Origin: Yuukianura sp. NJ FZ-2021
Lineage: Eukaryota
NCBI GenBank assembly: GCA_046563655.1
Contig: CM102284.1
Coordinates: forward strand, 2,108,001-2,172,000
Length of the DNA stretch: 64,000 bases
Direction: 5' to 3'
Position numbers and translations under genes: made by a program. This document shows positions 12,365 through 23,000 of this stretch, one piece after another (the first letter of the stretch is position 1; each line of letters opens with the position of its first letter). The notes under the pieces are model-generated. The model searched no databases and was not told the origin of the DNA. It saw only the letters and a list, made by a program, of their open reading frames with translations.

Positions 12365-13462
12365 TCAAATGCATTTGTAGCGTAACCGGATCTGCGCATG
12401 ACCTCCAGAATAATGTAGAATAATAATAAGAAAAATTAGGTTGCCCGGGTAGATGTCGCCAGTGGGCAAGCGATGACCTGACACAAGTCTGGGCAGTCCC
12501 CATCCATCACCTTCGTTCTCTCCACATACCACATGACAACTCGTTTTCAAATACTGGCGTACGAGGTTACGCACTACTTGTATCTGTGGATTTGGATTTT
12601 CACGGACCCATCTGCGCATGTTCATAAAATGGGTGAGCAAAACAATGAGATTGCAATATTCCTCTGACAAAAGGCGTCTTTTGAGGAGACAAATGGCACG
12701 CAGTGATTGGACGAAGGGGGAAGAGGGGGACTGGATTCCGGGGTCATTGAACTTTGTGACCAAAATGACAGCATTTGGAATGGAACTGCGCAGGATTGGA
12801 TGTTGGTCCAAGTATTTTTTGAGTGTGGCAATAATTCGAGCGTCCCGTTCAGTTGAGCATGGTTGTGCAGCCAATCCTGGAGTGTCTATGATTCGCAAAT
12901 TGTTTACTCCGAATTCGACAATTTCTGATGTCCTCGGTCCTGTAGTTTGCGGAGACACTCTGTTTCGGAATAAACTTCTTATCTAAAAAAACTTCAAAAT
13001 TTAAAATTCTAAAGTGTTAATTTTAAATCCGAAGTCCTCTACAATTGTTTAATAAAATACCGTTTGAGTTTTCCCGCCATTTGCTGGACCAACCAGCAAT
13101 ACACATCCTGCGTCGGCATTTGGTGGATGTGAGTCTTTTGGAAGCTTTACAATTCATTTTGTTTTAATTTCGATATAGTTTTAAATTTCAAAAATTCACC
13201 GAAAAGTATTTTAAAGTAACAGTTGGTTAGCTGATGTTTTGAGACTTACAAAACCTTTGTCTCTCTCTGGTGATCTCAATGGTGGATGAATTTCTTGTTT
13301 CCTAAAAACATAAATTATAAATCATAAATTATAAGTTGAAAATTTATATTTTTAAGGAAACATAACTATATAGGGTGACTAATGGATTTGCTTGTTTTGT
13401 TTATAAAAGCTATAAATTTGAACAATGTTTCACCTAGTTCTCTGTAAACCATTGTCCTCCAT
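12365..13462 (-). CDS. AIG1/GIMAP-like P-loop GTPase (multi-exon; 3' end uncertain, possibly frameshifted)
   Basis: Spliced model MEDNGLQRTR|KQEIHPPLRSPERDKGF|LPKDSHPPNADAGCVLLVGPANGGKTQT|IRSLF...IIDTPGL...AVILV...LIVLLTH: G1 GxxxxGKT, G3 DTPG and AIG1-like G4 region. Confidence 0.65.
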
Positions 13463-14231
13463 ATGTCCAAAATGGTCTTTTGAATTTGTTTAGCACGCGA
13501 ACACTCTAAATTGAGCAAATCAACTGTGCTAAATTTGTTTTTGTTTTGCTAGCTGCTGGGTTACATTTCCATAAGTTGACACGATACAGTTGACACAATT
13601 TGAAAACTCTGATTGTGATAAAATGATAAATTCCCTTTTTCTAAAATGTATAACAAAGTAGACGATGATAAAGAAACAGATCGATACGTTATTGTGTACT
13701 TCAGGAAAACAAAAGTAAAAAAAGAATATTTTTTGTAAAATTTTGTTGAGTCGTAATCGAAATTTTAAATATTACTTATACAATTTAATGCTCAAGCGAA
13801 CTATGTAATTGGGCTAATGTACATAGTGGGCATAAGTAGTGGGCATCTAGCGAACATCCCTACTGTAATATTGAACCGCATGCCTAACTTAATATTTTTA
13901 CAAATGTAGGCTTCTATAGTATAACCACACAATTTGCATCAAAGACGATGTGCCATGCCATGGCGAACTCAAATTTAACAACTTCATTAGCTTTTGTGCT
14001 ATTTCCGAACATTGATTTAAAAGTTTTTATTCAGGTACCGCTTTATTTCTAGTTCATATTTCAGAAATATGAAGAAAAAAAATTTGATGTAGGGGAAAAA
14101 TTTAAAAGGCTTGTGTTTGTATTTAAACCAAAGTTTAAAGCAAATCAGATTATTCATGGCTTAACATCAATTTGCTATCAATTTTTTTCGTTGAGAACTT
14201 TAGAATTGTCAGAAACTAAAACAAAAAAGTT

Positions 14232-16245
14232 TTATTTGAAAATGAATTTTGAGTAATCAAATGACCTTGCTTTGCGCCAATACTCAAAAGCTGAAAATGT
14301 AGCTATAGCGAATAACTTTCCTTCATTGTTTGACACCCATGACTTGGCAGCGGGATTATGTGGAATGACATTCGTTGACAGTGATTTGTCAATTTCAGCC
14401 ATATAAGCATCTTCCGCTTCCTTTGTCACAACGACAAACTTCTTCTTCTCAGTTGCCATTTGCTCCAAAAGTTGCATAGCATAGTTTGTCTGGGTTTCTA
14501 TCATAAATATGCACGTTGTTGTTCCAAGAAGCTGAATAAAAAGTTTGGTTAGGTTCGGTTACATTTTTATTCCAACTGCACAGTTCCTTGTGAATTTTAA
14601 ACTTTTTTTTACCCCAAATGGACCGCCAATGAAAAATAAATTTGGAGCCATTGTAGTGCACAGTGCGATGAAATTTCTCGGCCTATCTTTTTTCCAAATT
14701 TCCAAAACGTTTTGGCCATTGAGACCAATCATTTTCATTGGACCAAAAATTTCTTGTGACTTGAATCCAGTTGCCAGAATCAATATCTAAAAAATTAAAT
14801 AAAAAATTTAGTTTAATTTTTAACATTTGTACGAAAACTTTACACAAAAGATTTGCCAAATCTAGCAAACTTACATCCAATGGGGTTTCTTGTTCTCCAG
14901 TTGCAACCACGCCTGTCCGCGTGACCTCTGAAATTCCATTGAAGTGAACCGTGACCTTGTCCATAGCCAGAGCTGGAAAGTACGTGCTCGAAAATGATAT
15001 CACTTTGCATCCAAAATCATAGTTGGGCACAAGCTGCTTCCACAAATCTGGTTTTGCTTTGGTTTGTTCTTTAATAAAGTTCGTCGCCATTTCGGTCACT
15101 GTAAAATTAGTTACAGTTTACCAACATGCAAACTTATCCTTGAGCGAAACACGCTTGTACAGAAAACTTCTCAATTCTTGTGCTCACCTTGCTTGTTAGC
15201 TATGGATTGATGAACTGCCACTTTGGCTAAATCGTTAAATTTCCAGAAATAATTCCATCGATGCCATTTCATAACAAACGGAATATTTCTAAATGCCCAT
15301 TTCTTGAAAGTACTGTACTCGTAAATTTCTTTTGGCATCACCCAAGCCGTTTGGCGCTGAAACGAATGAAGCGTTTTCACTTTCTGCACAAGCGCAGGAA
15401 TTAATTGAACAGCAGTTGAGCCTGTACCGACAACACCGACGACTTTGCCCTCCAGGTCGACAGAATTGTCCCATTCGGCCGTATGAAAGCATGGGCCAGC
15501 AAAATGTTCAAAAATTTTGGGTTTGTTGGGTTGCCAAAGAGAATTGATTCCTGAAAAACTAAAATTGGGGCAATGTGAGAATTCAATCATTTGAGATAAA
15601 AGTTTTCAAGCTTACACAAAATCAAAATGTCTTTCTTCCTTGATTCCGTTGTCTCCTTTTGCAATAACCGTCCACTTGTTCGTGGCCTCATTCCAAGTCA
15701 CAGACTCAACTTCTGTTTTCAACTTCAAATGGTCGTAGAGTTCGTACTTCCGTGCCACTTTTTTCATATAACTCAAAATTTCAGATTGGCTTGCAAAATT
15801 TCTTGGCCAATCTTTGCAAAAGAATCAAAAACAAATTAAATTTTTCAGATTATTTTTAACACTTTCAGCAGGTTATACTAGGCCAAACTTAATGTAACTG
15901 TTATTAGGGTAACTAATAACACACTTTTTAGAACTGTGGAATTTGAATTTACCTGGATTTGGTTCGAATGACCATGAGTAGAAATGACTCGGAAAGTCAC
16001 ATTCGCTACCCGGGTAAACATTTGCAAGCCAGGCTCCTCCGATGTCTTCATTTTTTTCATAAATTGTAAATGTCTTCCACTTCAACGTTCGCTTGATTTG
16101 CAAAGCAACAGTAAGTCCAGCAAACCTAGGAGAAACAGTTAGGTTTGCAAAAAATGAACAAAAAGTTGAAAAGAAAACATGTATTAATTAAAAAATAATA
16201 AAAAACGAACCCAGCACCAAGGATACAAATTTCTGGTGTCCCCAT
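14232..16245 (-). CDS. Type I Baeyer-Villiger-type flavin monooxygenase, copy B (tandem paralog of copy A)
   Basis: Same motifs and intron positions as copy A (MGTPEICILGAG, FAGPCFHTAEWD, GTGSTAVQL, YDFGCKV); introns are more diverged than exons. Confidence 0.9.
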
Positions 16246-17005
16246 TTTAGTATTTTTCTTGTGTGTGTTTTGACAACTGCAAATTGGTCAGCAAACAAAA
16301 GTTTTTGGAGTAGAAACTCAAGGTTTCCATTTATAAAAAAGATTCAAAAGACGACGACAATTTAAGAATCATACTGGAAAAAACTAGGCTTTTATAGGTT
16401 TTTCCAAGGTGCGATTTGAGTAGCGAGTGGTCACCAGACTAATCAAGGTTAGCAGTTTTTTTTTCAAACTGCGGCGTACTAACGATACGAGCATTTAATT
16501 TCTTGAGATCTTCTAAATTTGTGTTGAATTATGTAAATTTTGAAACAATTGGATTTGGTGGATGGGTTTTGGCAAAAAAAGTAACCTAAACGCAGGACAT
16601 TAATGAAAATGGCCGTCCTTGAAAAAGTTGCATGTTGTAATCATGGTTTCGAGGTCCGATTTTACCAAATTCATTACAAATTTAGTTACTTTTTATGATA
16701 AGTCGGAATTTTTTGAAAGTAAAACCAACTCAGAATTGAAAATTAAGCTCAGTAACCTACCACCTTAATCCAACAAAATATGCATTATTTGAATGTAAAT
16801 TTTGTTAAATGTAGTACATGGATTCAATAATCAAGAATATCGAAATGCCAGCCACCATTTTGGTTTCTACTTTTAGAGTAAAACAAACAAACAAAAAGCT
16901 ATTTACCACAAAAAGCATCGACTTGTAAAAAGCGATTTTTAGGGGACATTGGTGATAATACGGAGTATTGTAAACTCTTACTCCTTAACAATTCGTAACT
17001 CACAA

Positions 17006-17835
17006 TCTACTTATATAAAATCGAGACCCTGTTTATCTGTGTGTGTGTGTGTGTGTCTGTTCCTCTACTCCTCCGAAACTACTGGACCGATTTGGACAAA
17101 TGAGGTGTCTTTTTCTTCGTCAGGTCACCCCGAAGAGCGTAGGCTATGTCACATGCTGATCTGACCTTTGACCTTTGACCCAGCGCACTGACCTCATGCG
17201 AAATCAGAGGAAACATAGGCATGTAATATGTCAATCGAAAGGGTAGGTCAAATGAAGTCGATTGACGTTTCACATGATGATCTCTGACCTTTGACCTTTG
17301 ACCCAGAGCAGTGACCTCATGCGAAATCAAAGGAAACATAGGCATGTGATATACCATTTGAACGGGGAGGTTGAAAGGAGTTGATTGACGTATGACACGA
17401 TGATCTATGACCTTTGACCCTTGACCCAGAGCGGTGACCTCATATAGAATTAAGCTGAACATAGGCAAGTGACATGTCATTCGAAAGCAGAGGCTAAATG
17501 CAGTCGATTGATGTATAACATGTTAACCTGTGACATTTGACCCTTGACCCAGAGCGGTGACCTCACATAAAATTAAACCAAACACAAGCAAGTGACATTC
17601 CGTCATTCGAATGGTCATGTCCTTCCTACACGTTAAACATTAATCAGGTGGACGGGTTGTTTTAAGGGATTTCCGCCTGGGCAAATGGTAATGCAAGATA
17701 GCTTCATGAAAATAAATGATACTAATGTATCTCAAACGGGTAACGGGTTCCCAAAAGTGATACGTGTTTCTATGTGTGTCCGTATACACTACCACAAAAG
17801 CTAGCCCCGCTTTCACAAGCGGGTATCATACCTTG
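17006..17835 (+). mobile_element. Non-autonomous Helitron-like element with internal 123-bp tandem repeats
   Basis: Starts A|TCTACTTATATAAAA followed by a (GT)n microsatellite and ccgaaactactggaccgattt; 3' hairpin CCCGCTT-tcac-AAGCGGG (17806-17823) then CTTG|T; internal repeats starting tgacctttgacc at 17162, 17285, 17408, 17531. Confidence 0.7.
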
Positions 17836-18344
17836 TACTGTATATAAAAATCAAGTAAGCAACTTTGTATTTAACACCACAGAAACTGGTAAACCTTGAA
17901 CAATTTGCACATGTTGTGGCATATGCTAAATACGTGAAATGACCAACAAAAAAACTTCGAAAAAAAGGTCAGAGATCAATTTCGTTTTTATAAAAAAAAA
18001 ACGTTTTTGTTCTCTGAACTATCATGAACTGTAATAAAACCTAACCAGGCATAAGTGAAGATCTTCACACCTTATTACTTTAACCCAAATGTTAAGTGCT
18101 CGTACTTGACCTTGTCAATCTTGGTTATGCTGCGGACAATGTCGAGGCTTTGTAGACATCAATAGACACTCTTCAAAGAAAAATTCCAATGAGAATCGTT
18201 TTTTTCCATAATAAGACACTAAAACTGATTAGTTTTGTTTTACTTTTTTTTAATACATTCAAATCAAGGCGAATTTATAAGTAAAAGTGTAAATTATAAT
18301 GCGTTTGAGGAGATGTTTTTGAAATTGCTGGTATTCAGAGCTGT

Positions 18345-19017
18345 TTATCGTGGTGATCCAAACACGCATGTCCAGTATGTTTTGTACTGGCAGTTGGACC
18401 TGTTGCACTCCACAAAGTGACAGCCGACGTTTTTGAAGTCGCCGAGGATATTCCTTCGGTGACCGTCGGATTTGATCCAGCTTTCCATGACTTGCTTACA
18501 GCTTCCTTGACCCGCGGCAATGTTTTCACCAACTGAACTCCAAACGTAGCCTTCATTAGTAACACGTTGGCCAAGTCTCGGTTCTCCGTTGCACTGGTGA
18601 CTAAAACATCGCGTATCGGCCATCAATTGATTGTGCTTACGAGCAGCAGCTACCAACTAAAATTATAAAGCAAATAAAAGCTTATAAAAAGTTTTCTTTA
18701 AAATTTCAAAGTTACAATGAGATGGTAAAAAAAAATTCTGTACTTTGCTGTCGGGAGTGAGATTGGGTTTATTGTTTTGACTTCTGTAATTGTTATGTTC
18801 TCGGAGACAAACCGAAGCAGGTTCGGCTTGTCTTTCTAAAAATTCCGCTAAAATTTAAAAAAAAAATACATAAATATAAACATAATTCAAATTTGAGAGA
18901 AAAAAAATTGCTTTTTTAGTTCTTGCCAGGAAAAATAGCTTCCTCAAGGAAGTTGGTCTCAGCGTCCTCTGCCATGACAGAAGCCATAACGCATAAAATT
19001 ACGAAAAATTTAACCAT
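18345..19017 (-). CDS. Secreted CAP/SCP (PR-1-like) domain protein of bacterial type, 3 exons
   Basis: MVKFFVILCVMASVMAEDAE signal; HNNYR, AARKHNQLM, FSH, VGENIAAGQ, WIKSDGHRRNIL, YWT.VFG motifs; intron 1 (18848-18926) is GC-AG, intron 2 is GT-AG. Confidence 0.85.
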
Positions 19018-19439
19018 GGTTTTCGCTCACAATAAATTTTTACGAGAAAATTGGAATAAACTTTTAATTAAAAGGAAACTCGTACAGGATATTTATACTC
19101 TTCTTACTTCTACAAACACCTTTCGACCGAACTTCCGCTTCTGTTTTGAATTCATTGGAAATCAACAATATTTCAAACGCCATAAATTCAATCTTGACCA
19201 CAAGTACAATTAATGGCACACATCACTTTTGTTCTGCACAAAATTTATGATTGAATAAGGCAGAAACTAACAATTGGACAATTTCAGAAAAGAAACGAAG
19301 TGACGACAATTGAAAACCATAGAAATACTTTTTCCTACTAGAAATTTTTACCCGTAAGTTTTCAATTTTCAGCCATTGTCCACATTGCCAAAGGATGGTT
19401 TTGGTTAAGGGGCTCATTTTGGCCCACCAAAAAATGACA

Positions 19440-19536
19440 GATGTGCATGTTGCAGGAACGTAAAATTTTCAAGTTAAGTTCATGGAACATCGATATTGAA
19501 GTTGTCTAATTTTTACGTTCCTGCACCATGCACATC
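19440..19536. repeat. Short foldback / MITE-like inverted repeat (~28-bp arms)
   Basis: gatgtgcatgttgcaggaacgtaaaatt versus aatttttacgttcctgcaccatgcacatc (near-perfect reverse complement). Confidence 0.65.
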
Positions 19537-20029
19537 ATATCGATATCTATTTCACAATAATGACGATTTTGGAAGATTTTGGGTCGGAGAACTCCAAAAC
19601 TAGCAGGTAATCACCATGGCAACCAACATTTTATGCCCGTATACATAATGACGGTTCACCCGTAACCTACGGATCAGGATTTGGTGAGACCGATCCGGGG
19701 GTCAGGATCACACTAATCCGTGAACGGTTACATAATATAATCTTGAGCGGTGGATTTGTAAATCCGGTTCACCTGAACGTGATCATCGGATTACTCATTT
19801 TTACATGCCACATTTAAATACTTCAACAACAATGTATTATGTTGATTAAAAATGTGACAAGTTTAATGCTCCTTTTATTTTCAGGTGGCAAAGTTTTCAA
19901 ACTTTCTATAACACAACACCATTTTTGTTGTGTTTTATTAAAGTAATTAAGGAAATAGTTAATGATTCAATTAATTTCTGAACAAAATAGGAAACTAATG
20001 GGACAAAATGCGGCCATGCTGTGCATATA

Positions 20030-23000
20030 CTGCGCAAGCACTGCGCAAGTACTGCGCAAGCACTGCGCAAGCACTGCGCACTGCGCAAGTACTGCGCAAG
20101 CACTAGGCACGGCGCAAGCACTGCGCAAGCACTGCGCACTGCGCAAGTACTGCGCAAGCACTGCGCACTGCGCAAGTACTGCGCAAGCACTGCGCACTGC
20201 GCAAGTACTGCGCAAGCACTGCGCAAGCACTGCGCACTGCGCAAGTACTGCGCAAGCACTGCGCACTGCGCAAGTACTGCGCAAGCACTGCGCACTGCGC
20301 AAGTACTGCGCAAGCCCTAGGCACGGCGCAAGCACTGCGCACTGCGCAAGTACTGCGCAAGCACTGCGCACTGCGCAAGTACTGCGCACTGCGCAAGTAC
20401 TGCGCAAGCACTGCGCACTGCGCAAGCACTGCGCAAGCACTGCGCACTGCGCAAGTACTGCGCAAGCACTGCGCACTGCGCAAGTACTGCGCAAGCACTA
20501 GGCACGGCGCAAGCACTGCGCACTGCGCAAGTACTGCGCAAGCACTGCGCACTGCGCAAGTACTGCGCAAGCACTGCGCACTGCGCAAGTACTGCGCACT
20601 AGTAGGAAAATCACTCTTTTTAAATAACATAATTGGAAATTCCAAAACGTTAAAACTTTAGTAGGAAAATCACTCTTTTTAAATAACATAATTGAAAACT
20701 CCAAAACGTTAACAATTTAGTAGGAAAATCACTCTTTTTAAATAACATAATTGGAAATTCCAAAACGTTAACAATTTAGTAGGAAAATCACTCTTTTTAA
20801 ATAACATAATTGGAAATTCCAAAACGTTAAAACTTTAGTAGGAAAATCACTCTTTTTAAATAACATAATTGAAAATTCCAAAACGTTAAAAATTTAGTAG
20901 GAAAATCACTCTTTTTAAATAACATAATTGAAAATTCCAAAACGTTAAAAATTTAGTAGGAAAATCACTCTTTTTAAATAACATAATTGGAAATTCCAAA
21001 ACGTTAAAACTTTAGTAGGAAAATCAAGTACTGCGCAAGTACTGCGCAAGCACTGCGCACTGCGCACTGCGCACTGCGCAAGTACTGCGCAAGCACTGCG
21101 CAAGCACTGCGCAAGCACTGCGCACTGCGCAAGTACTGCGCAAGCACTGCGCAAGCACTGCGCAAGCACTGCGCAAGCACTGCGCAAGCACTGCGCAAGC
21201 ACTGCGCAAGCACTGCGCAAGCACTGCGCACTGCGCAAGTACTGCGCACTGCGCAAGTACTGCGCACTGCGCAAGCACTGCGCAAGTACTGCGCAAGCAC
21301 TGCGCACTGCGCAAGTACTGCGCAAGCACTGCGCACTGCGCAAGTACTGCGCAAGCACTGCGCACTGCGCAAGTACTGCGCAAGCACTGCGCAAGCACTG
21401 CGCACTGCGCAAGTACTGCGCAAGCACTGCGCACTGCGCAAGTACTGCGCAAGCACTAGGCACGGCGCAAGCACTGCGCACTGCGCAAGTACTGCGCAAG
21501 CACTGCGCACTGCGCACTGCGCAAGTACTGCGCAAGCACTGCGCACTGCGCACTGCGCAAGTACTGCGCAAGCACTGCGCACTGCGCAAGTACTGCGCAC
21601 TAGTAGGAAAATCACTCTTTTTAAATAACATAATTGGAAATTCCAAAACGTTAACAATTTAGCAGGAAAATCACTCTTTTTAAATAACATAATTGGAAAT
21701 TCCAAAACGTTAACAATTTAGTAGGAAAATCACTCTTTTTAAATAACATAATTGGAAATTCCAAAACGTTAACAATTTAGTAGGAAAATCACTCTTTTTA
21801 AATAACATAATTGAAAATTCCAAAACGTTAAAAATTTAGTAGGAAAATCACTCTTTTTAAATAACATAATTGAAAATTCCAAAACGTTAAAAATTTAGTA
21901 GGAAAATCACTCTTTTTAAATAACATAATTGAAAATTCCAAAACGTTAAAAATTTAGTAGGAAAATCACTCTTTTTAAATAACATAATTGAAAATTCCAA
22001 AACGTTAAAAATTTAGTAGGAAAATCACTCTTTTTAAATAACATAATTGGAAATTCCAAAACGTTAAAACTTTAGTAGGAAAATCAAGTACTGCGCAAGT
22101 ACTGCGCAAGCACTGCGCACTGCGCACTGCGCACTGCGCAAGTACTGCGCAAGCACTGCGCAAGCACTGCGCACTGCGCAAGTACTGCGCAAGCACTGCG
22201 CAAGCACTGCGCAAGCACTGCGCAAGCACTGCGCAAGCACTGCGCACTGCGCAAGTACTGCGCACTGCGCAAGTACTGCGCACTGCGCAAGCACTGCGCA
22301 AGTACTGCGCAAGCACTGCGCACTGCGCAAGTACTGCGCAAGCACTGCGCACTGCGCAAGTACTGCGCAAGCACTGCGCACTGCGCAAGTACTGCGCACT
22401 AGTAGGAAAATCACTCTTTTTAAATAACATAATTGGAAATTCCAAAACGTTAACAATTTAGCAGGAAAATCACTCTTTTTAAATAACATAATTGGAAATT
22501 CCAAAACGTTAACAATTTAGCAGGAAAATCACTCTTTTTAAATAACATAATTGGAAATTCCAAAACGTTAACAATTTAGTAGGAAAATCACTCTTTTTAA
22601 ATAACATAATTGGAAATTCCAAAACGTTAACAATTTAGTAGGAAAATCACTCTTTTTAAATAACATAATTGAAAATTCCAAAACGTTAAAAATTTAGTAG
22701 GAAAATCACTCTTTTTAAATAACATAATTGAAAATTCCAAAACGTTAAAAATTTAGTAGGAAAATCACTCTTTTTAAATAACATAATTGGAAATTCCAAA
22801 ACGTTAAAACTTTAGTAGGAAAATCACTCTTTTTAAATAACATAATTGAAAACTCCAAAACGTTAACAATTTAGTAGGAAAATCACTCTTTTTAAATAAC
22901 ATAATTGGAAATTCCAAAACGTTAAAACTTTAATAGGAAAATCACTCTTTTTAAATAACATAATTGAAAATTCCAAAACGTTAAAAATTTAGTAGGAAAA

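Noticed and set aside
5397-19017. Bacterial or fungal contamination as the explanation for the microbial-type genes
   Set aside because: The genes carry short AT-rich spliceosomal introns like those of the neighbouring animal genes and are interspersed with host-type transposons.
19329-19350. ttttcctactagaaattttta resembling the reverse complement of the 59-bp unit
   Set aside because: Only ~11 bp of exact match in AT-rich DNA; compatible with chance.
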